A DNA stretch of 38,820 nt, from assembly GCF_004010195.1 (NCBI RefSeq), contig NC_057718.1, forward strand, positions 24,456,035 to 24,494,854, in the 5' to 3' direction. The position numbers and the translations under genes are program-made. Numbering within the stretch: the stretch's first letter is position 1; each line of letters begins with the position of its first letter. Shown in pieces: positions 24,040 through 35,700 of this stretch. Source of the stretch: Chiloscyllium plagiosum (taxonomy: Eukaryota). The notes under the pieces were generated by a model. The model saw only the letters and a list, made by a program, of their open reading frames with translations. It searched no databases and was not told the DNA's origin.

Positions 24040-24330
24040 TGCATTTCCTTTCTTTCCCTCCTTGCCAAGGTGGGTATCAGTATGAAGACAGTCACACATT
24101 TAACTACACTAAATTGTGTCTGTCTATTTCAACACTCTCAGTTGTCTTGAAGTCTGTTACTCTGTTCATCATTTATGACGTTATCAAGTTTTATACACTA
24201 CATAAACTTCCCAATTGTACTGCCTAAACAGTTCAGTCATTTATAAACAACAATCAGTGGTCCTAAAATCAAACCCTTGGGTACCTCATTCAGGTTATTC
24301 AAAAATGATGTTCCTTCAACAAATTGAGAC
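24040..24330 (-). mobile_element. Highly decayed CR1-type RT fragment inside the LTR element
   Basis: VPKGLILGPL..Y.ND, then IGKF..IKLDNVINDEQSNRLQD and FSVVKCV, resembling CR1 VPQGSVLGP..YIND / SKFADDTKL..LQ.D / FN..KC. Confidence 0.6.
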
Positions 24331-24700
24331 TTGGCTAATGTGAAAGCTGTCAGGAAAAATATTTCCAAAATCTGGAACAGCAAGAAAACAACAAAATGTT
24401 TCCTGTTCTCTAGCCATTGAGGAGGCAGTTTCAGTTCAGAATTAAATCTCAAATGTTTGTGGAAAACAAATGCAGAATATATTCAAATATGTTCTCCTAA
24501 TGAAACTTCCCAAATAAAACAGTCAGAATTGCAGAGACAACTTTGGTAGAGATCAACATTCTTTGCATTTGCAATATGAAGGGGGCCAAAGAAGCCTGAA
24601 TAATAATTGACAGAATTTAAACAGCTCAGCTTCAAGTTCTAAAATTCTCAAAAATCTTAACAAAACATCAACATTAAATTGCACTTTCTTCTTTTTTTGT

Positions 24701-24895
24701 CATGATTTGGAGATGCCGGTGTTGGACTGGGGTGTACAAAGTTAAAAATCACACAACACCAGGTTATAGTCCAACAGGTTTAACTGGAAGCACACTAGAT
24801 TTCGGAGCACCTGATGAAGGAGCAGTGCTCAGAAAGCTCGTGCTTCCAAATAAACCTGTTGGACTATAATCTGGTGTTGTGTGATTTTTAACTTT
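24701..24895. mobile_element. Short palindromic Penelope-derived element
   Basis: aaagttaaaaatcacacaacaccaggttatagtccaacaggttt and its reverse complement, with central ctgatgaaggagcagtgctcagaaagct. Flanked by a duplicated actttcttctttt.ttgt. Confidence 0.85.
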
Positions 24896-26391
24896 CTTCT
24901 TTTATTGTGAACACTCTGCATTAAAAATACAGCAGCAAAGATATTATAATACACAATTTTTTTTTAAACTGACGTTTCAGAATTTCAAACACATCAGGGG
25001 CTCAAGGCCCTCAATCAATTTGTTTTAAAGGTACAAGTTTGATAATTTTAAAAAGGACATAATGTTGTATTATTTCAATGTAAAAACAAAATCTGCCCTA
25101 AAACATAGTCCACAAAACGCATTGAATTGAGATACTGATTCAAACAAGGCAAAATAATTACTTAAAAGGATTTTCAGAACCAGTATCCCAACAAACCAAA
25201 ATATTTATTTATCAAACACTCTCAGCCTGGCACATTTATATTGAAATTTCTCCCTTCGACCCAAGTATTAGTACAACCTTAATTTCAGAATTTCTCTTTT
25301 TTTTTTGAAGAGCTTCTGGTCAGAATTCTTCTCATTTTAATACAGGGGAAAAACATGTACATTTGAGATTCCCCTCAGTTCACCTGATGATGATCCATGA
25401 AATGGAAAATGAGGAGTCAAAAAGATGGAGGAGGTGGTCCCAAAAGATTCACATCAGAGTCGGACAAAAATAAATCACGTCTACAGACTCCCAATCAACC
25501 ACCACGGCACAGAGGTCCAAGGTTCCCAAAGCTCAATGAACCCCATAGTGCCCAGTGTGCACGCACAAAAAGATCATTAAAACATTCTCACCTCAGACTG
25601 AGGAATGCAACCCCATCACTGGACGAGGACGCCAAGGAAAGAAAGACCAGCTGTACCCTCCCGACGAAATCACACCCACAGAAAGAGAAAACCCTTGCAG
25701 CAGACCACATGGTACCACAGTCCAAGCCATACACCTCCCCCAGAAGAAAGACTTGCCGAGTTGATTCAACAGCCCAGAAACCGAGACTCCCACAACCAAA
25801 ACCCAGGCTAAGCTTCCTCCGCAGTCAATGTACTTCACTGTTGGGACTCGAGTGGACAGGCTCCACTTTCTCTCCCTTTTCCCAGTGACGCCATACCATC
25901 CTAAAATACTTCTAAGGGGAAGCATGGGGGACAAAGGCGATAACTTTAAGTACCATCAAATTTTGTTCAGATGTTTTTCTTTTGAGTTCTTGTTTTCTAA
26001 CTTTTTTGTTCTCCCGAGCCTTAAATCTTGTCACTAGAGGAATCCAAACTCCTTTTTCCCTAGAGGACTTTAGACTCATTTTTCACTTTACGACTCATGG
26101 GGACCCTAACCCCAGTCAAAACTCTGGGGACTGTAATCTCGAATTAACCCAGGGATCTTTAACCCTGATTTAACCCTGGTTCATGCAAAGTGACTCATTG
26201 GGATGCAAGTGCGTGAGTTACCTCAAAGATTCCGTCAAAATCGAGTCCCAGGAGACAAGGGGTTGACTGAGTGTGAAGTTTAGAGAGAGAGCTGAAGGTG
26301 AAACTTACCTTGTAGGCCCATCTCTTTCACGCAACCAACACTCAGACAATCGTTTATTCAGTCCGCCGGGAAGCTCTGTGTATATTGGAGT

Positions 26392-26407
26392 CCAAGCACT
26401 GCCGCCA
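26392..26407 (-). promoter_or_regulatory. Primer-binding site, tRNA-Leu-like
   Basis: TGGCGGCAGTGCTTGG lies 2 nt after the LTR terminal CA; 12/16 match to the complement of the tRNA-Leu(AAG) 3' end (TGGTGGCAGCGGTGGG). Confidence 0.65.
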
Positions 26408-26409
26408 GA

Positions 26410-27110
26410 TGTTAGGTTCTTTTCCCAAGTTTTCAGACATGAAATGCAATTTGCACACACCAACTTCTTCAGTTAAAATTTTAGAGTTTATTAAAGCCTA
26501 TACCAGCTAGGTGACCCCTTTGCAGGCATGCAAAGTCGAGACAAAATGAGGCCCCGAACAAAGGAAACATTCCCTTTATACAGGTCAGTTGATAATGCTC
26601 ACAGATACTCTGGCCACTCCTCCCCATAACCACATGTTACTCCAGGTACACTGGTAGGATGCGATCATCCTCAGAGATAACTTAAATGTAAATGTCCTAA
26701 TCCAGGGAATCGTCATGCAGACAATTTTCTGGCTCAGTCATTCCCCAAGCCAATGTAGATGTGATATGTCCTAGCTTCAGGGGGCCCAGCAAGTGACTTC
26801 TAGCTCCACTACTTCCCCAGACAATGTAGGTGTGATAGGCTTCAGCATCGTGGATGGTCACGCAAGCGAACCTGATTGGCTGAGGGATGGCTATGAAAGT
26901 ATTTCTGAATGGTAGGCTCTGAACAATCGTTTAAATAAATGATAGTAGGGGAGTAGCAGCAAATGACTGTCTAAAAAGAGTGGAAGTCATCCATATTCCC
27001 GCATGAATGTTGTCTTCACCACTTTCAGAATGTTCAGTCAGTGCAGTTTAACTCTTTAATATTACATTAATGTCCAGAGAGATATTCCAATTTAATCTTT
27101 TAACATTACG
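26410..27110 (-). mobile_element. 5' LTR
   Basis: Minus strand starts (C)GTAATGTTAAAAG and ends CCTAACA. CCAAT (plus ctgattggc, about 26872-26880), TATAAA (plus tttata, 26575-26580) and AATAAA (plus tttatt, 26487-26492) occur in U3-R-U5 order. Confidence 0.85.
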
Positions 27111-27761
27111 AAAGAATGCGCCGAAGGATACCTCTCAGACTGATAATGATCATAGGCTCTTCATCTCTTGGATTCATAATCATCAGTAAAGCCTCAGGAA
27201 CTAACTTTCCAGTGTACAATTCGATGTTATAGTCCTGCCTGAATTGTTGTGACACTCTCCCCAATCAGCACATGTAATGTTGTAATTCTTGAATGTGAGG
27301 ATGTAAGGCATTCAACAAATTATAATACTAACTCTCACTACACAACAGGAAAGGCAAAGAGATGTTAAATAAAAAGGCACACTTAATTATGGCAGAAACT
27401 GTTTGCTTTTGCAGCAACAAAACAACTGAATGATGACTTCACCCACCTGGTATATTTTAAAAGGGAAATATCAATTATACTGTACTTGGCTCCTTGCGCC
27501 TGATGATGTGTGACTCTATTGTGCTCAAAGTGATGTCCCTCCTGCCTAACAACCTTCATCAATGATCTACCCTCCATTCTAAAGTGAGAATTGTGGATGT
27601 TTGCTGATGATTGCACAATGTTCAGTACCAATTGCAACTCCTCAGACACTGAAACAGTCCATGTCGAAATGCAGCAAAACCTGGGCAATAACTAGGCTTG
27701 GGCTGGAGTAATGTCATACAAATATCAGGCAATCACAATCTCCAATAAGAGATAATCTAAT

Positions 27762-28376
27762 TGTAATGGAGCAGGCCTGACCCCCTCAAAACATTTCAAG
27801 AAGGTAGCTCAGACCATAACTTTGCTAGTTGTTTTCAGCAGGTGTATAGTGGACACTCCAGGAGTGATGCAGCTGGCCTCAGTTTTAAATAAAACAGAAT
27901 TTATTCACAGACAACTAAATGAAACACAAACAAATGAGAACTGAATTTAGAAGTACTTAACCTATCTGAAAGCCCAATTGACTCTAACGCAACTGTTCTA
28001 AATACTTGCACCATCCCATAATCACTCCCTTGGCAAAAAGGCAAAATCAAACACAGATTCTTACAGGACAGCTATCAGAGAGAGAGAGAGGATCATGGAC
28101 CTGCTTCTATGGGTCACCAGCTGCTTCTTTGCATTCCCAGCTCAAACTTGACCAGCAGCTGCAAACAAAACAGCTTGCTAGAACCAAACCAAACCACACC
28201 AAACCCTGAACTGGGTGAACTGGCCACTGCCTTTAATTGTACATATGTTTTTAAAACAACACTTGAAAGGTTTTCAAGTAGATATTTCAAGACATATCAG
28301 CACCTTTGCCTTTACAACCCCTCTGAAAAACAAAATAAAGACAACATAACCTTTTTAAAAGAGCATCATCATCATA
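27762..28376 (-). mobile_element. Solo LTR
   Basis: Begins tgtaatg and ends atcata; tttatt at about 27900; flanks taat/gaat. Host LINE is colinear on both sides. Confidence 0.65.
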
Positions 28377-28522
28377 GAATCACTGCATGGACATTGAATG
28401 GTGTTACCATCACTGAATTCCCCATCATCAAGACCCTGAGCGTTACCATTGACTAGAAACTGAACTAAACTAGCTATATAAGTATAGCAATTATAAAAGC
28501 AGATCAGAGGCTTCGAATACTT

Positions 28523-29338
28523 CAGTTTTGGGAAAGCAAATCCTAGCAGGACTCATACACTTAATGGTAAGGTCCTAGGGAGTGTTGCTGAACAAAGAGA
28601 CCTGGGAGTGCAGATTCATAGCCCCTCCTTGAAAGTAGAGTCACAGGTAAATAGGATAGTGAAGAAGGTGTTTGGGGTACTTTACTTTATTGGTCAGAGT
28701 GTTGAGTGCAGGGTCTGGATTAATGGTGCTGGAAGAGCACAGCAGTTCAGGCAGCATCCGAGGAGCAGTAAAATCCACGTTTCGGGCAAAAGCCCTTCAT
28801 CAGAAATAAACATATTGTGTATAGAGGTTAGGAGGTCATGTTGCGGCTGTACAGGTCATTGGTTAGACTACTTTTGGAATATTGTGTGCAATTTTGGTCT
28901 CTTTCCTATCGGAAGGATGTTGTGAAAGGGTTCTGTGGTTGGTTTTTCTGGAGTGTCGGAGGCTGAGGGGTGACCTTATAGAGGTTAATAAAATCATGAG
29001 AGGCCCGGATAGGATAAGTAGACAAAGTCTTTTCCATGGGGGTAGGGGAGTCCAGAACTAGAGGGCATAGTTTTAAGGTGAGCGGGGAAAGATATAAAAG
29101 AGACCTAAGGGGCACCATTTTCACGCAGAGGGTGGTACATGTATGGAATGAGCTACCAGAGAAAGTGGAGGTGGCTAGTACAATTGCAACGTTTAAAAGG
29201 CATCTGGATGGGTATATGAAGGGTTTGGAGGGATATGGCCAGGTGCTGGCAGGTGGGAGTAGATTGGGTTGGAATATCTAGTTGGTATGGACGGGTTGGA
29301 CCGAAGGGCCTGTTTCCGTGCTGTACATCTCTATGACT
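28523..29338 (+). mobile_element. CR1/HER1 LINE 3' part with Penelope-derived insert (about 28712-28805)
   Basis: EQRDLGVQIH..LKVESQV..; ESRTRGHSFKVSGERYKRDLRGTIFTQRVVHVWNELP. Confidence 0.92.
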
Positions 29339-30065
29339 CGAAGACGCCATGACTACTCACCTGCCTGGATGGGTGAAGCTCCAACAACACTCAAGAAACT
29401 GGACACCATCCAGCACAAAGCAGCCTGCTTGATTAAAGCCATGTTCAAAAACATTCAAACCCTTCACTGTCTCAGTAGATGCTCAGTAGCAGCATAGGTA
29501 CCATGCACAAGATGCAGAAATTCATTAAAAATCTTGATACAGATCCTTCCAAATATATGAGCATAACTATATAGAAAGATAAAGCCAGCAGATCCCTGGG
29601 AATACCATCAACTGCAATTTTCCAAGTCATTTACCATCCTGAGTTGGAAATATATTGCCATTCCTTCAGTGTCACCCTGAACAATTAATGCTAGCCAGCT
29701 GCTCAATTTCCATGAGTGCATTAAAAAAGGAACACTGAAACCACAGACTTCAGCCACAGCAGCTCCTGACTGACCATGATAAGTACCCTGGACTGAGATT
29801 GGACCATGCAGTTGGTTGACTGTGGTGCCACCCATTGACTGACAGCAATGGCCCTTCAATCCATGAAGGATTGTTCCCTTTAGACATACAGGTATGGTCA
29901 TTCGGTTGAAGTGCATGCGGTGTGTTTGCTGCATAAACTGCTGGTGTATCAACATATCAACATCTACATCAACACATCTGCCTCTTGACTATTCAGTGCT
30001 GGCAACCACGACAAGCTATTTATATTTTGTTCCATGTTAAAAAGCAGGACAAGCCTGGCATGTTT

Positions 30066-30232
30066 ATAGGAGAAAATGAGGTCTGCAGATGCTGGAGATC
30101 AGATTCAAAAGTGTGGTGCTGGAAAAGCACAGCAGGTCGGGCAGCATCTGAGGAGCGGGAAAATCCACATTTTGGGCATAAGCCGTTCATCAGGAATGAG
30201 CCCTGCTGTGCTGTTCCAGCACCACACTCTAA
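30066..30232. mobile_element. Short Penelope-derived element
   Basis: Same terminal sequence as 19129-19342, with a short inverted arm. Confidence 0.75.
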
Positions 30233-30914
30233 CAGGGATATTAGTCGTCTATCATTTCTCAATGCAGCAGAAATCTGCTCAAAGGCATGGCAAGCTAGAG
30301 GTGTGGTGAACATCCATGGAAGTGCAAATGAAAGGATTGGTAAGAATGCAAGTTAAAACCCATAAAATGCAATCTGTGCAGATACTTGAGATGGATATGG
30401 GTCCCTGTTTGTGGAGTGACTTGACAGGAGCATTGCAACATAAGGATGTGGTAAGCTTCAAAGTGTGTTAATGAAGTGCAGAGGTATATAATCCAAGATC
30501 AGCCATGGTAACATGGTGAGGTAGGTATTTTGCCAATGTCTCCTTCCGTGGACAAAAGGTGGAAGTGGTCATAGTCCATGGAATGTATCATGAAATGATG
30601 GTGAACGGACATTAGGATGGAGACCTGGAGAAGAATTTGGTAAGGTGCACCAACCAGGTAACTGCTCTTTCAAGCCAAGTTTGGGCACCATCTAGTTCTC
30701 AGCATTGTATAGAAGAATCACAAATTGCATAGAACCGTGGTTAGATTGGCTAATAATAAGATGCAAATGCATGGAAATTAGGTAATCGTTGCTTATCAGT
30801 GAGATTCAAAGCTCACTGAATAAACCTTAAGGGAAAATTAATAAATTTCCTTCTGAAAATTGAGAATTTTTCATTCTCACTAGCCCAAGCTGCTCAGGGG
30901 ATAGGAAGTTTCTG

Positions 30915-32008
30915 CCCATAGTTTCTGTCTGCAATAAAAATTCTGTTTATGCAGTTATCCTGTCCTTTAAAACTGTCTTCTCCTGCATGGTTACTCAACC
31001 CTGAAAAACTGCTCTTCTAAATAGTGACTCTCATTTTGAGCTGTCCCCTCCTCCAAAGGTTTATTCTCCAGTAAAATGTCTCTCTCGCATATAGTTTAGA
31101 TTACATTACAATGTGGAAACAGGCCCTTCGGCCCAACAAGTCCACACCGACCCGCCACCCACCCATACCCCTACATTTACCCCTTACCTAACACTAGGGG
31201 CAATTTAGCATGGCCAATTCACCTGACCTGCACATCTTTGGATTGTGGGAGGAAACCGGAGCACCCGGAGGAAACCCACGCAGACACGGGGAGAATGTGC
31301 AAACTCCACACAGTCAGTTGCCTGAGGCGGGAATTGAACCCGGGTCTCTGGCGTTGTGAGGCAGCAGTGCTAACCACTGTGCCACCGTGCTGCCCACACG
31401 GTGGGCAGTTATTCTGCCCTGTAAACGTTTCTCTCCGGAGTAGTCATCACTCCTTTCAAACTGCACTGTCAGATGACTCCTGCTTTCAAACTGTACTCTC
31501 CATTATATTTGCTCTCTCCTGTTAGAAAATTTGTTCCATATATAGTTACTCTCTTGGTTAAAACTTCTCAGTTCTGTATGGGTATCAACTCCAGTAAAAC
31601 TACTCCATTATATACTTATTCTCCTGTAAACCTACATGCTCGCATATCATTATTAACTCCTATAAAACTGCTGTCTTGTAGATAGTCACATCCTGTAAAA
31701 GATTCTCTCCTATTCAGTAACACTCTCCCATAAACAAAGCTATCTTATTTACCATTACTCTCCCCTGAAAGTCGCTGTCTCCTATCGAGTTACTCTCTCC
31801 AGTAAAACTACTCTCTTATATAGTTGTATGGTTGAGTGGTCTTATTCTGTGCCTTACCTCAACACTTATATATAGTTGTATTTGTGCCAATTGTAATAAA
31901 CTAGCGGTCCATTCTAACTGCACTTAACAATGGCTGGTCTATATTGTTGCAGGTTCATCCTATTTATTATATAGTTATTCCCTCCTGTAAAACTGCTGTC
32001 TCTGCATA
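30915..32008 (+). repeat. Degenerate 36-bp array block, interrupted by an HE1 SINE
   Basis: Recurrent ctgtaaaact / atagttactct. Confidence 0.8.
31096..31395 (-). mobile_element. HE1/V-SINE, full length
   Basis: Same structure as 9136-9465; inserted in the 36-bp array. Confidence 0.95.
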
Positions 32009-33130
32009 GGGATAAAGTGTATCCCAGGACCTTGTGGGAGGCCAGGGAGGGAAAGGCGTGACCCTTAGCAGAGATATTGTATCATCAACAGCCATGGGTG
32101 AAGTGTCCAAAGATTGAGGAGAAGCTTATGTAGTACCATTATTAGAGAACGGCTGCAAGGAAATGCCTGGGAACTACAGACCGGTCTCGTTAATGTCTGT
32201 TGTGGTTAAATTGTTAGATGGGATTCTGAGAGATGGAACCTACAGGCATTTGGAGAGGCAAGGACTCATTTGGGATAGTCAGCATGGTGTGAGAAATTGT
32301 ATCTCATGAATTTGATTGTGTTTTTTGAAAGGGTGTCCCGAGAAAGTTGATGAGGGCAGTGCAGTAGATGTTCTCTACATAAACTTTAGCAAGGCCTTTG
32401 ACAAGGTACCACATGGTGGGTTGTTAAGTAAGGTTAAATCCCAAAGGGTATAGGGAGACCTAGCCGATTGATTACAAAATTGGCTTGAAGGTAGAAGACA
32501 GAAGGTGGTGGTAGAGGGTTGTGACCAGCTGTGTGCCACAGTGACCAGCGCTGGATCCACTGTTACTCGTCATTTATATAAATGGTTTGGATGAGAATTT
32601 AGGAGGGATGGTTGGTAAGTTTGTGGATGACACCAAGATTGGCAGTATAGTAGACAGTGAAGAAGGTTATGGGTGGCACGGTGGCCCAGTGGTTAGCACT
32701 GCTGCCTCACAGCGCCAAAGACCTGGGTTCAATTCCCGCCTCAGGTGACTGACTGTGTGGAGTTTGCACATTCTCCTCCCTGTGTCTGCGTGGGTTTCTT
32801 CCAGATGTTCTGGTTTCTTCCCACAGTCCAAAAATGTTCAGGTTAGGTGAATTGGCCATGCTAAATTGCCAGTAGTGTTAGGTAAAGGGGTAATTGTAGG
32901 GGAATGGGTCTGGGTGGATTGCGCTTCGGTGGGTCAGTGTGGACTTGTTGGGCTGAAGGGCCTGTTTCCACTCTGTAAGTAAGTAAAGTAATCTAATCTA
33001 ATTTGGGAAAACAGTGAGACCGTGATCAATGGGATCTGGGCTGAGAAATGGCAGATAGGTTCAATTTACTTAAATGGGTGTTGCATTTTGGTTGGTCAAA
33101 TCAGGGCAGGACTTACCACAGTCAATGGTA
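32009..33130 (+). mobile_element. CR1 RT fragment interrupted by an HE1 SINE
   Basis: PGNYRPVSLMSVVVKLL, SQHG, VDVLYINFSKAFDKVPH, KFVDDTKIG. Confidence 0.9.
32671..33002 (+). mobile_element. HE1/V-SINE, full length
   Basis: gggtggcacggtggcccagtggttagcactgctgcctcacagcgcc ... taatctaatctaat. Confidence 0.95.
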
Positions 33131-33132
33131 GC

Positions 33133-33955
33133 TGAAAAATGTGTTGCTGTAAAAGCACAGTAGGTCAGGCAGCATCCAAGGAGCAGGAAAATTGACATTT
33201 CGGGGAAAAGCCCTTCATCAGGAATGAAGTTGGAGCGTAGCTGAGAGAGCAATAGGTGGATGGAGGTGGGGATAAAGGTGATAGGTCGGAGAAGAGGGTG
33301 AGTAGGTCGGAGAAGAGGGTGAAGTGGATAGGTGGGACGGAAGATGGACAGATGGGACAGGTTATGAGGATGGTGCTGAACTGGAAGGTTGGAACTTGTT
33401 AAGATGGGAGGAGGGGAAATTAGGAAACTGGGAAAATCAACATCGATGCCATGGGGTTGGAATGTCTCGATGTGGAAGATGAGGCATTCTTCCTCCAGGC
33501 ATTCGGTGGTAAGGGAGTGGAGATGGAGGAGGCCCAGGACCTGCATGTCCTCGGCAGAGTGGGAGGTGGAGGTGAAGTGTTCGTCCACAGGGCAGTGGGT
33601 CGGTTAGTGTGGGTGTCCCGGAGATGTTCTCTGAAGCGCTCTGCAAGTAGGCGTCCTGTCTCCCCAATGTAGAGGAGACCGCATCGGGAGCAACGGACAC
33701 AGTAAATGATATTGGTGGATGTGCAGGTGAAACTTTGATGGATGTGGATGGCTCCTTTGGGGCCTTGGATGGAGGTGAGGGGGGAGGTGTGGGCGCAGGT
33801 TTTGACATTCCTGCGGTGGGACGGAAATGGTGGAGGACGATGAGATGTATAGTGGTTGGTGGGATGGGAGGGGAGGACGGTGGGGTGGGGGTGGTCTGTC
33901 TTTATTGCGGTTGGAGGGATGGAGTTCGAGGGCGGAGGTGCGGGATGTGGATGCT
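33133..33955 (-). mobile_element. Penelope-like retroelement 3' portion (GIY-YIG endonuclease and terminal repeat)
   Basis: CAHTSPLTSIQGPKGAIHIHQSFTCTSTNIIYCVRCSRCGLLYIGETGRLLAERFREH, followed by a CT-rich UTR and the cctgatgaagggc...gaaa terminus. Confidence 0.92.
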
Positions 33956-35683
33956 GTCTTGTCCAGTCACACTCCAGTAATGTTGCTCTACAGTAGTTAC
34001 TCTCCTCTGCAACTGCTCTTTACGACGTAGTTTATCCATTTGCAATTTATTACCATTAATCCGGGCTAATTTCATCATTGATTTCTTTCTCAACCTCTCT
34101 GTGCACAACTCGCCCTCTCATACTGAGCTGTGCACAAAGATAATCGTCTTTATATCCAGCTGGTCACCTTTACTCTCCCTCACTGGTTTTTTGTTGTCGT
34201 GTTTCCACCTGCCCCGGGGGTTCGCTCTGTGTGTGTGTGTGTGTCAGAATGAAGCAGAGCTGCACTTTTGCCCCACTGTGGGCCTACGCCCTGATCGGAT
34301 GAAAATGAGAAACAATTAAAACTGCGTTGGAAATGATCTGAGCGCCGCCCGCAAAGCTTTGATGCAGCGCCGGGAGTTGCTGGAACAATACGGGCGGTGG
34401 GCAGGCAGAAGAAAGCAGGAGATATCGGTGTGTGTGTGTGTGTCTGTGCTAATGAAACAATTATTCCAAGCCTCCCTCGTTAATCTCAAATAATATCTGG
34501 AGCCCACGAGGCTTCTTTGGCTGATATTAATACCGGCTGATGTGTTGTTGATCCTCGCAAAGTGGCGCCTGCTTTCAGTTATTTTAAGTGACTGTATAAA
34601 CACTAAAGAAAAGAAGCAAATTTACAATCTCGCTGCTTCTCAGACGAGGCCTTTCTCCAGATATTTATCTCATTGCCGTCTGTGTTTCTATTTCGGTTCT
34701 CAACTAAACCAAACAGCGCTGACTGGCTGATTCCACAGATAACAATTTGTCCTGTTCTTGGAGAAGGTTAGCCACAGGGACAGGTTCACATTTCACTCGC
34801 CGTATTCAGCAGCGAACCTTCACAGATATGAAATGTGTGGTCAGCCAGCAACTCCGCCCTCACCCAAACTCCAGGATGGCGAATACACATCGGGTCTGTC
34901 AGATAACCGGGGGGCAAAAGCACCATTTGGGGTTTCCTTTCTCACTTGTCCCCACTGAACTGCAGGCGATTGGCTGGAATGAAGTAACCTGGAATCAGAA
35001 ATTTCGACAGTGGGCCCAGTAACTTGAGAGTGGGGGGCTAATAGCCGCAGTGTCAGTAAATCCCAGGCCTGGGACACACATGGAGGCGAGACCCACTTCC
35101 AATTGCACTTGGAAAGCCCACGGTCTGACTGGTACTCCGGATTCACCAACTATCCTTCACCCCATGTCGTGTCAAGCAATCAAACCCTGCAGCAGGAATT
35201 ACAGCCGAGTATCTCCTCCATTTGTGGAGAGCAACCTATAACCGTGATTACTGATAGCTCAAAACCACTGCGATCAAACCAGCCTGACTAGTTATTTAAG
35301 ACAATTTTACAGTCGGTGACTAAAAACTACTTTCCAGCAAGTACTGTTCTCTGCAGGAGTGAAGTACTGCAGATGCTGAAGTATGCACTGAAAACAATAA
35401 GTGCTCGGGATGACAGCGGGCCAAGCTGTGATCTCCAGCATTTCTTATTTTCAAATACTGTTCTCTCTTGTCTTTCTTTTCTGATAAATATTTATCTTAA
35501 ATTATGTTCTAGAATTAAAAGATGGTTTTGGTTATTTTGTTTTAAATCGAATCGAGAATAATTTACAGTGGAATTTACTGCCTGTATTTTTTTTCTGATT
35601 GTCCAATGCAATTAGCACCAATCTGATTCAAGAAGCAAGTGTTATCTCCAGTTCAGTCCTGTACATGTGCAGCAGCTTCCATC

Positions 35684-35700
35684 TGGCGCCCTCTGTTGTT
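35684..35700 (-). promoter_or_regulatory. CTCF-like binding motif
   Basis: Minus strand AACAACAGAGGGCGCCA resembles the CTCF core CCASCAGRGGGCGC. Confidence 0.45.

Larger units (their letters stand above)
22629..27110 (-). mobile_element. Non-autonomous LTR/ERV-like element carrying the RBPMS2 retrocopy
   Basis: Two related direct repeats of about 650-700 bp (22629-23272 and 26410-27110). PBS directly after the upstream LTR, polypurine tract directly before the downstream LTR, splice donor in the leader. No gag/pol ORF recognisable. Confidence 0.85.
27500..29680 (+). mobile_element. Old CR1/L2-clade LINE split by a solo LTR and a younger CR1
   Basis: FINDLPSI..MFADDCTMF (about 27555-27620), TLSVTID.KL (about 28435-28465), YSPAWMGEAPTTLKKLDTIQHKAACLI (about 29350-29435). 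Confidence 0.8.

Noticed and set aside
25397..25888. 163-aa plus-strand ORF inside the LTR element
   Set aside because: Antisense to the element, with no recognisable domain or gag motif; probably a chance ORF.
29700..30720. Possible decayed DNA-transposon sequence
   Set aside because: No motif could be recovered with confidence; left unannotated.
32671..32745. tRNA gene
   Set aside because: A and B boxes belong to the tRNA-derived head of an HE1 SINE that continues into the V-domain and tail.
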